A stretch of DNA of 64,000 nucleotides from the NCBI RefSeq assembly GCF_009914755.1, contig NC_060930.1; one strand, given 5' to 3'. This document shows positions 43,577-59,050 of the stretch, one piece after another; the stretch's first letter is position 1, and each line of letters opens with the position of its first letter. The notes beneath the pieces are model-generated. The model was not told the DNA's origin. It searched no databases and saw only the letters and a list, made by a program, of their open reading frames with translations. The stretch comes from the human T2T-CHM13v2.0 reference genome, Homo sapiens. A program made the translations under genes and the position numbers.

Positions 43577-46500
43577 GATTTGTGTTCTTCTTTCTGTTAA
43601 TGTGATTTATCAATTCTATTGATTAGTATATGTTAGATCATTTTTACATCCCTGAGATAAATCCTACATAATCACAGTGTACCACCTTTTTCATGTATTA
43701 TTGGATTCAGTTTGAGTACTTTATTGATAATTTTTGCATCTATATACATCAGAGATATTGGCCTGTAATTTTCTTTTTTGTTGAATTCTTGTCTGGTTTT
43801 GTAATCAGGTTTAGCTGGCCCTATACAATGACATAGGAAGAATTCCCTCCTCTTCAGTTTTTTTAAATAGTCTGAGAAGAATAGATGTTAGTTCTTCTGT
43901 ATAGGTTTGGTAGAATTCAGCAGTAAAGCCATTCAGTTCTGAGCATTTCTGAGTTGGGAGGTTTTTTTCAGCTATTATTGCTTTTGATTCTATCTCTCTT
44001 ATAGCTCAAATAATATCTGTTTTTCCTATCAGGGTGCTGTGGTGTTGGTGAATATACCTTCACAAATGTTATATACTCTTGAAAATTGATTCCTTTATTA
44101 TTATATAATGATGTCCTTTGTCTTTTTTTATGTTTTTGACTTAAAGTTTATTTTGTGTGATGTAAGTGAAGCTACTCCTGCACAGTTTTTGTTTCCCTTT
44201 GTGTGGAATATTCTTTTCTGTTCCCTCACTTTCAATCTATGTGTGTCTTCACAGGTAAAGCAAGTTTCTTGTCAACAGCATATAGTTGGGTTTTGTATTT
44301 TTTATCCATTCAGCCAGTACATACTTTTTAAGTAAGGAATTTAAACCTTTTACGTTCTGGAATGTTATTGATAGGTGACAACTTACTCCTGTCATTTTGT
44401 CAATTATTTTCTAATGTTATTGTATATTGTTTCTTTCATTCTCTTATTTTTTACATTTACAATTTGATTATTTTTGTAGCAACAACATTTGATAGCTTTC
44501 TCTTTCTCATTCGTGTATATACTCTACCAGTGAACTTAGTACTTTTGTGTCTTTTCATGAGGGTAGATATCTTTTCACTCCCAGATTTTGCATTTTCTTA
44601 AGCATTTCTTAAGCATCGTAGGATCAACCTATTGGTGACAAATTCCCTTGGTTTTTCTTGCCTGAGAAAGGCTTTATCTCTCCATCATTTTGGAAGAATA
44701 GCTTTGCACAGTTTATTATTCTTTACTGCCATGTTTTGTTCTGTTTTGTTTTGTTTTGTTTTGTATTGTTAGTACTTTGAATATCCCATTCTTTCCTGGC
44801 TTATAAGGTTTCTGCTGAAAAATTTTGAGAAATTAGCTGTTGATCTGATGGGGATTTCCTTATATTTGATGATGTTTTTTCTTGCTATTTTGATGGTTTT
44901 ACTCTACCTTAAACATGACCTTTTAGAATTGAATCTACTTGGGAATATTTGTTGCATTTCCTGTATCTGGGTGAATTCATGTATATGGATGCTTCTTATA
45001 AATGGATGCTTCTTATAAATGGATGTATATATTTTGTTCAAGACTTGAGAAATTTTAACCTATCATTTTGTTACATAAGTTTTCCATCTCTTTTTCTCCA
45101 CAATTCCCAAAATTTGAATATTTGGTTACTTTATGGTGTCCCATATGTCACATAAGCTTTCTTCATTCTTTTTAAGTCCTTTTTTCTTCTTTTGTCTATG
45201 ACATTTCAAAAGACCTGTCTTCAAGTCAGAAATTCTTTATTCTGCTTGATGAAGTCTATTGCTGAAGATTTTGATTGTATTTTTATATCACTGATTGAAT
45301 TCTTCACTTCAGGATTTCTGTTTGTCTTTTTTATCATATCTAGCAATTTATCATTCAGATTATAAATTATTTTCTAATTTCCCAATTGTTTATCTGTGTT
45401 ATCTTGTATCTGGCTGAGTTCTTCAATATTATTATTTTGAATTCCTTTTTAGATATTTTATAGATTTTTCTTTTTTGTGATTTCCTACTATAGAATTATT
45501 ATTTTCCTTCGGTGGCATTATGTTTCCTTGCTTTTTCATGTTTCTTGCATCTTTAAATTGACATATCAGCACATCCTGGGTGACAGTCACTTACTTCAGT
45601 TGCATGGATGGGCTTTTACGTGGAAACACTTTTTTTCAATTGCTGAGCAGTTCTGCTTTTTAAAGCAGCAACTGAGCTGTAAAGCAGACCCATCCTTAGA
45701 CAGGAAACTGAATCTACGTGGGAGGAAGACACAGTGGTGGGCAATCTGGAAGCTAGAAGGAAGGACAGTCAGAGTGAGTATTGTAAAGCCAGAAGCATGG
45801 CTTATCTAACACCCTGCTGGGATATCTAAGAGAGCCCCCTTCTCAGGTTTTTTTCTGTCTCAAAAGAAACTGGGGCATGGGTAGTGATAAAATCACAAGT
45901 AATCTCACCCTACCAAAACCCAGTCTCCTCATTAAATGCTACAGAAGTCTGGAAGGAGTTCTCATTATACAGGCCTATGACACTCTCACTGTCCAACAGT
46001 CTTCATTTCTGGTTTTGTTCAAGATTATATCCCTCTCACACACAAAGAAAGCATTTATCATGAGAGAATTTTGGTACTTTATGAAGTTGTCTGCCTTTAA
46101 TTATTTATATTGTCTTCTTTCTCTTAGTATTTTTGTTTTTTTTTTTCTTTAGGGAAGGGATAGAGGGGACTGTTTTTGATATTGCTATTCTTCTGTCATC
46201 TAGGTAAAGCTTCCTTTGAAAATGCCAACCTGTTTGAACACTCCTCAGGAGACATGATGAAAGATGTTCTCTATAATTTATCTGTATATTCCCAGTTTCC
46301 AAATATGGCAATAACAGCAAGAATAAACAGACGGATATCTCAATAAGATGAAAAATTAGCAGGAACTGATGAAGGGACACTCTTATCGCTGTTGCTTTCC
46401 ATTATGATTGTTGAACTCAAACAGCTCTTCCTGTGTCTCAGGCAGAATCAATTATAGATAGAAAATTAACTTACAAATATCTTTATTTACTTGATTAGGA

Positions 46501-48679
46501 AAAGGATACTGAGTAGTCAGCAAGTAATAGTTAAAAAGAAATCATAAAATTGGAATCACAAGATCTGTGTTCTAGGGCTTCCTTTGACTTTAAAAAGTGG
46601 ATTACCCTTAACTGAGTCACATACTTCTTTAAGATTTTTTTATATCATCATCTGTACAACAGGAACAGCAAACTAGAAGATCTCTGAGATCCCCTTAAAT
46701 TTTAAATTGTTTCAAATTATACCCTAAGATATCTGAGCAAGAAAGATTTAAAGAGCAAAATTTTACCTCAACAGAGATGAGAGTTTGTTAGTGTAATTGA
46801 GGGGGTCAAAACAAAATAATATATTGTTAAATAGTGGGTGAAGACTTAGAGTGATAGAAGTCTTTTCCATAAAAAAATTTAGTTTTTAATAAATCCTTTC
46901 ACTGACATCAACACAGTAATAAAGGAGAAGCACCTATAACACGGCTTCAATAGCAATTTTTACAGCAATGTGTAAAACATGCCATCAGAGAAGAATTCCT
47001 GTTCCTTAAATTTCCACGTTACCCAGCATCTGCCATAGCTAACAGGAAATGAAATAGAATAAACTATGGAAAGATATTGAATAAAGACTCCTTAACTATG
47101 GAGTTTGATAATTTGAAGTAAGGAAATAAGAATTCTCTGCTTTTAGAATAAGAAACATAATTCCAACAAATGAAAAATCTACTGTTTCTCCCTGTGGAAT
47201 GTGAACAATCTAGCATAGGTTTCTGAAGGGAACCTGGCGCTATGGTAGAAAATGATCAGAACTGTATTGATTTACATATGTTTCTTACTCTTATAGGCAT
47301 ATAGGAGCCTTGCATGACCACACTTTAAACAAATATTTTCACAGTATTTATTATTGATAGCATACATGCATTAAATTGTTTTTTATAAACTCTAATAATT
47401 AACTTCATAAACCGTCTTAAATAAATGTTTTTCTTATTTGTATAATGACCTTAGTTTAAAATGTAACCTTTCAGATATTTTCAGAATTACGTACATAAAG
47501 AGGGTGAACCTATCTTAGAAATACAATAGTTTCCGCTTTCCAGAACAATAAGACTAATGAAAAACCGCTTTAAATAATGTTGCTTGAGGGATGGTTTCTC
47601 TCTAAACACCAGAATGTGTAGAAAATGTTTACACGGCAAAATAAATAACCTGTTAAGAGGCTTAAAATTTTAGTTAGAACAATAATATACACAGTCAACA
47701 TAAAAGCCTTGTTTACATGGTTGTTTGGGAATATTTTAAAACAAAAACAGTTTGCTTCATATTCAGATCTCCCATGGCTCCCAAAGAAGACTTTAGTTAG
47801 AGAAAAAGAGTTGTTTAAATAAAGAGAATTCATTTATTTCTGTTATAGTGTAATAATAATAACTAGTCATTTATAGTTATTCATACATTTGTATAATTTG
47901 AACAAAAGCCATCAGCCTGAGGCTTTCTTTCTCATTTCTGCAAATAAAGATATAGAGTGTTTGAGGAATTCATGTAGTTTGCAAATATTTGCTTTTGGAG
48001 ACAAATGATGATAATTAAATAAAATGCTGTGTGTTTTGTTGAATGAGCAATGTAATAACATTTAGGCATGTAAACTTAAAGAATAAAGCTTTCCATTTTG
48101 AAAAGATCTTATTTTGCATATTTAATGAAAGTCTTGATTATTTGTTATATACTGTCATCAGTTTGTATTCAAGTAAAGGTAATTAATCATACTTCTTAAC
48201 TAAAAAATTATTAACAACTGTTATGCATGGTATACCTGACCATATCTCTCATAAATAAATATACAGGTAGGATAATGAGGTTCAAAATATAGTGTAACAT
48301 ACAATTTGGCTTCATAGAACATAAAACATACCATTGGATGTTGATGGGTATGTTTCTATATGCATCAATTTTCATTCTAGAGAAAAGATCATAGGCTTAC
48401 TCTTTAGATATACCTGAAGTTGCATATAAGAATAATCAAGTGAATTTGCGATGTGAATTTAGATAATTTATACAGGCTATTAAAGGCTGTTGTGTTCTAT
48501 CTGTAAAGGTATAAAATGCAATACATCTTAATTCATTATTGTAAAGACTAAATAACTAATTCTCATTCCTCACTTCTCTTTTTTATTTATGCCTTCTATT
48601 CATCTTTCAGCATGTTCTCCTCCTCTTCACTGCTCTTTCACATTCCCATTAACTATTGCATATTATTCTCCATATTTTT

Positions 48680-49547
48680 GTAGCAGAACCTAAAATATCT
48701 TTAACCAAAAAATAATCTTATTTCCCTTTTATTGTTGAGCACTCCGCTTAACTACAATTCTGAGCCTCCCTTTGCATTATGTGCAGGCTTTTAACTGAGT
48801 TGGGGTCAATGAACAGTGTCTAGGAGTAAAAAATGGTACTTCCTGATCTGTCTCATATAAGGCTTGATGTCATTCATCTTGTCTTTCCCCACTCACTAAA
48901 TGTAGAAGACTCAGGGACATGGAAAAGGGTAAAGCCACTGTCATAAGGTAAAAGTCACCTGAGTCCCTAAACATCTTGTGAATATTGGCATTTAATTGTT
49001 ATGTAACTAAACAAAGTTTTTTTTGTATAAAGCTACTGAGATTGAGATATTTTATAGGAGTTTATGTCACTTTAATTCATGTAGAATTGGTATCTTGAAG
49101 TGAATGTTGTGAAAATATAAGCATAGACTTAGCTGTGAGGTGACTGGTGGAAGAATAAACTACTATGGGAAGCAGAAAATCTGCAGAGCCATACAACGTT
49201 GTGATAAAACATTTGACAGAAATGTCACCTGCATTATATGGACACCATGTGCCTGTAGCTCTAGAAGAGGTTGGAAAACAAGATATGAGTTTTTAGTGGT
49301 GATTTTTAAAACTGGCCTTCCTTAGTATGCTATATATGCTTCGCATGTATGCTATGCCTACAGAAGGAAGAGATAATCTCCAGCAAAGAGTGAACAATGT
49401 GCAAATAAAAAAAAATGAAATGACAGAGAGAGTCCAGAAATCTGAAATATTGGATTATGGAAACACCAACAGTTTTAGACCTTAAAGAGTATGACTAAGA
49501 AAGGTTTTAAATAATGCAATCACATCAAGACTCAGCAAAATTGAATA
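48680..49547 (+). mobile_element. Old MLT1 LTR plus start of MLT1-int
   Basis: 'tttgtataaagctactgagattgag' LTR end, followed by 'aattggtatcttgaagtg' int start. Confidence 0.5.
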
Positions 49548-52530
49548 GCAACTTCACTAGTGGGAAACAGGAATGAAAGGAAGAAGGAAGAGATGATGAC
49601 AAAAGTAGAAAACAAATAACAAAATGGCAGAAGTAAGTCATTACTGATCAATAATAACATTGAATATAAATGTGCTAAACTCTTCAATCAAAAAACATAC
49701 ACTGGCTGAATGAATGGGAAAATAAGACTCATTGATCTGTTGCCTACAAGAAACACATGTCACCTATAAAGACACACATAGACTGAAAGGAAAGGGATGA
49801 AAAAGCATATTTCATGCCAATGTAAACCAAAAAGGAGCAAGAGTTGTGATACTTATATCAGGCAAAATAGATTTCAAGACTAAAACTGCAAGAGACAAAG
49901 AGGGTCACTATATAATGATAAAGGGATGAATTCAGCAAAAGGATATACCAGTTTTAAATATATATGTACCCCAACATTTGGAGAATTGAGATATATAAAG
50001 CAAATATTATAGCTAAAGAGAGAGATAGACCTCAATACAATAATAGCTGGAGACTTCAACACCCCACTTTCAGCATTGGACAGATCTACTGAACAGAAAA
50101 TCAACAAGGAAATATCAGGCATAATTTGTACTAGAGACCAAATGGATCTAATAGATATTTAAAGAACATTTCATCCAATGGTTGCAGAATACACATTTTT
50201 CTCCTCAGCATATTGATTATTCTCAAGGATAGGCCATGTGTTAGGTCACAAAACAACTCTTAAATATTTCAAAACAAATTGAAATAATATCAAGCACATT
50301 TTCTGACCACAAAGGAATAAAACTAGATAATAACAAGAGGAATTTGAAAACTACATGAATACATGAAAAGTAAAAATTGTGCCCCTGAATAACCAGTGGA
50401 TCAATGAAGAAATTAAGAGAAAAATTAGAAGATTTCTTGAGACAAATGATAATGAAAACACAACATACGAAAACCTATGGGACACAGCAAAAGCAGTACT
50501 AAGATGAAAGCTGATAGCTCTAAATGCCTACATCAAAAAAGAGAAAAAACTTCAAATATACAATCTAATGACGCATCTTAAAGAACTAGAAAAGCAAGAG
50601 CAAATCAAACCCAAAACTGGCTGAAGAAAATAAATAATAAAAAATAGAGAAGAAATAAGTGAAACTGAAATAAAAAATAGAACAAAAGTCAACAAAACAA
50701 AAAGTAGTCTTTTTAAAAAGTTAAAGTAAGTGGACAAATATTTAGCCAGACTAATAGAAAAAGAGAGAAGATGCAAGTAAGATTAGAAGTGAAAATGGAG
50801 ACATTACAACTGGTATTTCAGAAATTTAAAGGATCATTAGCAGCTACTATGAGCAACTACATACCAACAAATTGGAAAATCTAGATACAATAAATGAATT
50901 CCTAGACACATACAATCTACCAAGATTGAGTAATGAAGAAATCCAAAATCTGAACAGACTAGTAATAAATAACAAGATCAAAGCCATAACAAAAAGTCTC
51001 CCAGTAAACAAAAGCCCAAGACCTGATGGCTTCACTGCTGAATTCTGCCAAACATGTAAAGAAGAAATAATATCAATCCTACTCAAACTATTCTAGAAAA
51101 TAAAGGAGGAGAGAATACTTCCAAACTCATTCTTCGAGGCCAATATTCCCCTAATGCCAAAACTGGACAACAACACATTAATAAAAAATAAAACCTATAG
51201 GTCAGTATCTCTTATAAATATTGATGCAAAGATCTTCAACAAAATACTAGAAACCCAAATTCAACAATACATTAGAAAGATCATCCTTCATGACCAAGTA
51301 GTATTTATCTCTGGGATGCAAGTATGATTCAACATATGCAAGTCAATCAATGTAATACATCAATAGAATGAAGGATAAAAAGCATCTGATCATTTCAATT
51401 AGTACTGAAAAAACATTTTATAAAATTCAATATCCCTTTATGTTAAGACCCTCAAAAAACTGGGAATAGAAAGAACATACCTCAACATAATAAAAGCAAC
51501 ATATGACAGACACACATCTAGTGTCATACGGAATGGGGAAAAACTGAAATCCTTTCCTATAGGATCTAGAACATGACAAGGATGCCCACTGTCACCAGTG
51601 TTATTTAACAAAGTACTGGAAGTCTTTGCTAGAGTGATCAAACAAGAGAAAGATATAAAAGGCATCCGAATTGAATTGAAAGAAGTCAAATTTTTCTTAT
51701 TTGCTTAGGATACAGTCTTACATTTGGAAAAACCTAAGGACTCCAGAAGAACACTACTAGAACTGATCAACAAATTCAGTAGAGTTACAGGAAACAAAAC
51801 CAACATACAAAAATCAGTAGCATTTCCATATACTAACAGTGAAAAATAAAAAAAATTAAAAATAGTCCCATTATACTGACCAAAAATAAAATTAAATGCC
51901 TACGAATTAATTTAACCAAAGAAGTAAAAGATCTTTACAATTAAAACTATAAGACACTAATAAATGTAACTGAAGAGGAAACCAAAAAATGGAAAAATAT
52001 TTCATGTTCGTTGATTGGAAGAATCAATATTGTTAAAATGTCCATACTACTGAACCAACATATAGGTTTAATGCTCAAAATACCAATGGTATTCTTCATA
52101 GAAATAGAAAATACAATTAGAAAATTTATATGGAACCACAAAAGACCCACTACCCTAAGCAAATAGAACAAAACTGAGGGAATCACATTACCTGACTTCA
52201 AAAATTTTGCTACACAACTATAGTAACAAAAATAGCATGGTACTGGCATAAAAAGAGACACATAGACCAAAGGATGAATGTTGAGAGCCCAGAAATAAAT
52301 CTACACACCAACGGTGAACTCATTTTCAATAAAGGTACCAAGAACATACACTGGAGGGAAGACAGTCTCTTCAATAAATGGTGCTGGGAAAACTGGATAT
52401 CTATATGCAGAAGAATGAAACTAGATCCTTCCCTCTCAACATATAAATTAACTCAAAATGGATTAAGGACTTAAATCTAAGGCCCCAAACTATGACATTG
52501 GAAAAATCTTCAGAACATTGGTCTGGGCAA
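49548..52530 (+). mobile_element. L1MA1-3-type LINE-1, inter-ORF region and ORF2 (decayed)
   Basis: ORF2 remnants 50872-51096 'KSPRPDGFTAEFCQT' and 52274-52474 'LFNKWCWENWISIC'. Confidence 0.93.
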
Positions 52531-52820
52531 TTTGTAGTGCACTGGGAGTGTCATAATACCTTGTTTTTTCATATTTCCTGTATTATTATGCTGATTTTTT
52601 GCATCTGGAGAAATAGTTGCTTCTATTTATTTTTGAATTTATTTTGTTGGGGTGGGGCTTTTTCCCCCTGAGAATACAACAATGATGTATTTTGAATAGG
52701 GCCGTATGGCTTTGCTTCTGAGTACATTCATTGTTAAAGACTGCTTAAGTTTTTTGGTTATAAATAGCCTTAATATAGTGGCTTCCTCAAATGCTGGTAG
52801 TAGTAGCAAGAGAGCTTGTG
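52531..52820 (-). mobile_element. Inverted L1PB 5' UTR/ORF1-start segment
   Basis: Similar in the same (minus) orientation to 36830-37130 of the L1PB 5' region. Confidence 0.7.
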
Positions 52821-53862
52821 CACAGCAACCAAAATAACAGAGTAAACAACAACCTACAGAGTGGAAAAAAGTATTTACAAACTATGCACATGACAGAAGA
52901 CTAATATCCAAAATTTACAAGGAACTCAAACAACTCAACAGCAATAACAAAATAATCCCATTATAAAGTGAGCAAGTGACATGAATAGACATTTTTCAAA
53001 AGAAGACATACAAATGGCCAACAAGCATATAAACAAACATTCAACATCATTTCTCTTATCATTAGAGATACGCAAATTTAAACCACAATGAGATATAATT
53101 TTACCCTAGTCAGAAAGACTATTATTAAAAAGTAAAAAAATAATAGATGTTTGTGAGGATGTGAAGGCAAAAGAATGCTTAGTAAATTAATACAACCTGT
53201 TTGGAGAACAGAATGGAGATTTCTCAAAGAACTAAAAATAGAAGTACCATTTGATCTGGCAATCCCACTACTGGGTATCTACCCAAAGGAAAAGAAAATA
53301 TTATATCAAAAATACACCTGCATTTGTATGTTCATTGCAGCACTATTCACAATAGCAAAAATATGGAATCAATCTCTATCCATTGATAGATGAATGAATA
53401 AATAAAATGGCGTGTATATAGATAAAATGCTATGTGTAGATACACACATGCACACATACATGTATGTGTATATATGTACATATATACACATATGCAAACA
53501 TATATATAACATGGAATATTCAGCCATAAAAAAAGAATGAAATAAATGAAATCATGTATTTTGCAGCAACATAGATGAAACTGGGGACATTATCTTAAGC
53601 GGAACAACTCAGAAACAGAAAATCAAATAATGCATGTTCTCATTTACAAGCAGAAGCTAAATAATGTGTATATACGGACATGAAGTGTGTAAAAAGAGAC
53701 ACTGGAGACTCAGAAGGGTGGTGAAGGATGAGAAATTACTTAATGGGAAAAAATGTACATTATTTGGTTAATGGTTACACTAAAAGCCCAGACGTCACTA
53801 TTACACATTATATCCATGTAAATAAACTGCAGTGTACCACTTAAATTTCTACAAAATAAAAT
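52821..53862 (+). mobile_element. L1PB4-like 3' end (ORF2 C-terminus plus 3' UTR)
   Basis: ORF 53175-53393 'WRFLKELKIEVPFDLAIPLLGIYPKE'; 3' UTR 'ggatgagaaattacttaatggg...ggttacactaaaagcccagac'. Confidence 0.88.
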
Positions 53863-53879
53863 TAGGAATCTTTGTTTAT

Positions 53880-54282
53880 AACAGAATGAAAAAAATAAGC
53901 CACTGATTGGGAAAAGCTATTTGCAATGCACATACAGTAAGAGGCTTTTAATAGACTAAATAATAAACCTTCACAAATATATAAAAAACAGAAAATTCAA
54001 TAGATAAATGGGCAAAAGCTCACAGATTCTTCAAAATTAAATAATACTAAAATGACAAATAAACATATATAGATTCTCCACTTCATTATTATTCAGAGAA
54101 ATGCAAATTATAACCATAGTGACCTATCATTATAGAACTGTTAAGTTTAAAAAGACTAATAATGGAACAGCTGGTGAAAATGTAGACCAAGAGAAACTTA
54201 TGGATACTTCAAGACATCGTGTTGTATATGATAAATACATACAATATTATGTGTCAAATTTAAAAATTAAAAATTAAAAAAT
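53880..54282 (+). mobile_element. Older L1M ORF2/3' fragments
   Basis: 'gggaaaagctatttgca', 'agagaaatgcaaattataacca'. Confidence 0.6.
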
Positions 54283-54616
54283 ACCATCTGAGGGATGTGA
54301 GATATTGAATTCTTAATACAATTTAAATTTTCTTAATGTTGATTCAGATTATAATGATGAAGATAATTTTAACAGTGATTTGGTGAATGATAAAAAATAG
54401 CTAGCTGTTTTACAAACGGACTACTTAAATGATGCTATAATGTAAAAGCAAATTACACAAAGTGAGATTTAATTAAGGAGGATATAATAATACCTCACAT
54501 TTTTTGATTTTTTAAAATAGAATTGTGTTTAGCAGTTGAATTGTCTTATTTAATATTCATAAAAGCCTGGGCACCAGACACTATCATCAAACATAATTTA
54601 GAAATAAGAAAACCCA

Positions 54617-54987
<371 letters not shown>

Positions 54988-55819
54988 TCATCCAGAATTT
55001 GTGTTCTTGCTATATAGAGGAAGTCAAAACAATTACCTAAACAAAAACTGATATTCAAGATTTTCAAATTAGGCAAAGTTTTAGTAACTTGTATTGATAA
55101 AGAAAAACTGCCTAGAATATCAATAAAGATTTATGAATTTTCAGGATTAAAAGGAACCTAAGATGCCATTCTCTAGCTGAACACTATTTCATCTTCCTTT
55201 GGACATCATTGATAATTGGCTCTTCATTCATGTGAGGCTCCACACATTAGAAAAATATTCCTTTAGTAGAGCTGAAATTTGTGTTATGTTTTGGTTTGTT
55301 TTAGCTTCCAATGACTGACCCTAACTCTGTCCCTGATTAATTTGCAGTCTAATTTATATTATACTGGGTCGTTCTGAAACAATTAGATAAACCTATCAAG
55401 TCATACATAATTTCTTCTCTAAATATTTCCTGTTGTTTCATTTTTTTTTCCACATGGAATGATTCCTGATACCTTTCCTCAGGGTATGCTCATTTGTCAA
55501 CATCCCTTATTGATAAAATTGGAAAATTTCTTAGGATAATTGCATATATAAAGAGATAACTTATGTCCAATATCTGGGACATGATAAAATCTCTCAAATT
55601 TCCTTAAGAATTCAAAGCTGTGATAGTCTCATTTGTGTGTGGAGTAGTCCCCCCTTGAAAATTACAAACTTTATTTGTTTTTAATTTATGAATGTTTCTT
55701 TATTTTTCCTTTGGGACAAAGAAAGAAAAAAGTATGCATGAGCACTATCTTTTTCAATATAAGATTATTTATTTAGGTTATATTTCTATGAATGGAATTG
55801 ATGGATAAGAAATCGTCTT

Positions 55820-56290
55820 TTTGGATAGAGACTAAGTTGCTGTAATGAAGAAAATCCCAAAATACAATCAATGGCTTAAATATGATAGAAGTTCATTTCT
55901 CCATCAGGAAACAGTATAATTAACAGGGTAACCCTGCCTCATGAGAACTTCTAGGGAGGGTGGTTTTCTCCATCTTGTTCTCTATCAACTAATAAGACAT
56001 TGCCCTTATCTTCATGACCAAAATTATATCATTGCAAAATCTGCTTTCCAGTCTAAAGAAAGCATCAGTCCAGAACAAGAGATTTCACTTTTATTATAAA
56101 TTGTAACTGACCTGGAAGCTGCACACGTAAATTTTGTTCTCATTCCCTTGAAGAGAATGGATTCAAACAAGACAGGTTGGTTGTAAGGAGGCTGAGGAGT
56201 GTGGTCTCCAGCTGTGAAGCCATATGCATTGCTTCAGCTCTTTTCCTGTGAAAAGAGAACAAATCAAAATTTAGTGTGTCAACCATCTCT
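55820..56290 (-). mobile_element. Old MLT1 (J/K-like) LTR
   Basis: 'gttgctgtaa...aatggcttaaa...aagttcatttctc', 'ggaagctgcacac', 'gtaaggaggctgaggagtgtggtct'. Confidence 0.6.
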
Positions 56291-57349
56291 CCTACAGAGA
56301 CTACATTCTTTTGTTTCCATGAATCTCGAAATAATTTTCAAGATTCTTTACAAATGATTATTATCTTTAAAATATTAGTAACCATATTAATCTGTAGTGT
56401 AAAAATCAAATTTTTAAGACAAGAAATTAATAATAAAATCAATATCGTGTGGTAAGAAATATAATTGACTCATTAAGTAAACATCTCAAGTTACAGAAAC
56501 AGAAGGGTGTGAGCATATTAGAAATGTGTATGTTGACCACAAGCATTTGTGCTGTCACAGGCTTTAGTGAGTATAATTTACTTAAAGACTAGAGAGCAAA
56601 ATTTATCTTGCAGGTTTTTTCAATGTGGTCAGTTAAGGCAGCTTCTCTTGTACCAACTTCTCTGTGGTACATCATATGTTGCTCTGAACACCACATTCTC
56701 AAACATCTGCTTAAAGCTGTCCTCTAGTAATTTAGAGCTCACTCTAAATAGTCACATTATATTAAAATAAGTAATTCACATTTCTCATGTATGCTGGTAA
56801 TTTTTCTAGTAAATATTGCTTATATTGAAGAATCATTTACTAATCTTTTTGCTGTTACATGAAAAAGTGTTTGCACAAACAAGGTAAATAAGTGGAAACC
56901 AAAATTTGCATGTTTAGTGATTTCAGAGGATATCAAAATAAATAATAATGCATATTGATAAGGTAACCAAAATCATTCGGCATTCCTTCAATTCCAATCA
57001 TAGACAAAGAAAGCTTATGCTATTCATTTGTGACATTCTGGATTCTCTCCACCTTTCATGTGCCTATTCATTTTTAAGTTTTGCTCCAGGATAGCCCTAT
57101 TGAACTGTACAATTTCTGAGGAAAGAAAGCAATACATGCAGCATTTCAAATATATCCTTGCTGTTAAACCCGAGATGGCTAGTTCGCAACTACTCACTGG
57201 AACCTGACCTAGGAGAGTTCTGTACAGCATGCAGCCAATGGGAAGGAAAAGTCTCCACCCTCCAGGACCTTAAGCTTTAGTTAGTGAAGATAAAATATAC
57301 TCTAAGAAGCAACTATTTACCAAGTCTAAATCTTAAAGTAAGCCCTGAA

Positions 57350-58900
57350 TCATTCATATTTTAGTCCCACATCCAGTTAATCACGAAGTCTTATATTCTA
57401 ACTTCTCATCTTCACAGCCACTAGTTTATAATATTTCCAACAGTGCTGTCATTCGTCCCACCAGCTCTGGTCTTATCTCACTGTAATACTCCCTTGCAGA
57501 GATTTCTTTCACTGTGCACCTTAACTTTGAAAGGTATAGATAAAAAAAATAAATTATTACATACGAGTAACAGAAAACAACTTAGATAATGAGTCAGTCC
57601 ACATGCACATAACCCATCTCTGAATTAGTCAATATAATATGCTCAATTACCCACTTTCTCCACATTCTTATGTGGCATACTTACTCTATGCTCTTCAAAA
57701 AAGATTTATATTTTCAGGGTTGAAATATGATTATGTCATCTCCATTCTCAGTTAGAATATTTTAAATATACCCTCAAAATTCCTAGGTAAGTCCAAATTC
57801 CCTTATATGGTTCTTGAAGTTCTGGAAGTGGTGTTACCTTGCTCTCTGGATTTAGCTGTAGTTATTACTCTCCATGTGTGCTAAAGTATGCCATTTAAAA
57901 CTATTTGTAGTTATCTAACTTTATATTCTTTCTTGCCTTGGGGCTTTGGCACATGCTGTTTCTTGCCTAAATGTACCCACCCCTTTCATGTTGCTTGTAA
58001 ATTCCTCCTTGTCTTCCATGACCCTAGTCTAAGAACTAAAGTATCTTTCTTAAATGCTCCCATAAAACCATGTACTCATCTTATCATAACACTGATAGTA
58101 CTCTGTTGACATTGTCAACTCCCTGTTTCAGATGCCTATGAAACCTCAACTCCCTGATTACAGAGACTATATTTTTCTCCTTTCTATACTGAGTGGCTAG
58201 TACAGTATCTCATGCATAGAAAATATACGATAATTATTTGTTAAATTGAAATTCACAATTTGTGGTATAGATTAGATGCATTTGTGCCTAACTAAAAAAA
58301 GGAGGAGGTTTCTCTTTACTAGGCATTATGCTGGATATTAATGATTTCAAAGTTAATGTGCTAAAATTCCTGTCATTCCAGAACACATCTTAGTTTGTTA
58401 ATTTCTTTCTCTTCCTTTTTTTTTTTATAAGTGGTCACATTTGTTATTATTTTTTAGAAAATACTTGGGATAACCCCAAATTTGAATCCATATCTGCATT
58501 GCAAATATGGGGTAGAGTTAACTGGGGAAAACTTGAATTTTCTCTTGAAACAAAATTCTTATGTATCTAGTATAAATAAATTGGGCTGACCTACCAAAAA
58601 GAATACATAGCATGGAAGGGAATCAATAAACAATTGTTTGAAATAAAAATGACTGAGTAGATTTGCTGGAATAAAGATAATCCAAGGGCCAGGTAAAAGA
58701 TATGAAGTCTATGGATTATAAGTGGGATCTGAGTCATAAAAAGAGATTTGGAGAACTGAAGATGTTGAGTGACTGAGTTTTGATCAAGTATATAATGGGT
58801 TATCCAAGTAGATAAGCATATAATAGATAATTTTTCTACAAGATTTATAATGAGCAATTTTAAAACATCTGGGCTAGAGAAATATAAATTGAGAAGGTTG
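57350..58900. mobile_element. L2 fragments (plus strand ~57350-58250, minus strand ~58300-58900)
   Basis: 'gggctttggcacatgctgtttcttgcct', 'tagtacagtatctcatgcatagaaaa', 'tctgggctagagaaatataaattgaga'. Confidence 0.55.
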
Positions 58901-59050
58901 AAATTATAGTGAAATTTTGAAAATACATTAGAACATCTCCAACAATGATAGAACATTTCAGAGTCTAATAATTTCAGTCCTTAAAATTTTGGTTAAATGT
59001 TCAAGCTGGGATGAATAATTTGGCCTTTATAGTCTCGTTTAAAAGCTTCA

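Noticed and set aside
52821-53862. The missing 3' end of the 32-39.7 kb L1PB, relocated by an inversion
   Set aside because: It overlaps 32015-32600 in L1 coordinates and differs in subfamily-type sequence, so it is a separate insertion.
55150-55510. CR1/L3-like relic
   Set aside because: The resemblance is too weak to support by eye.
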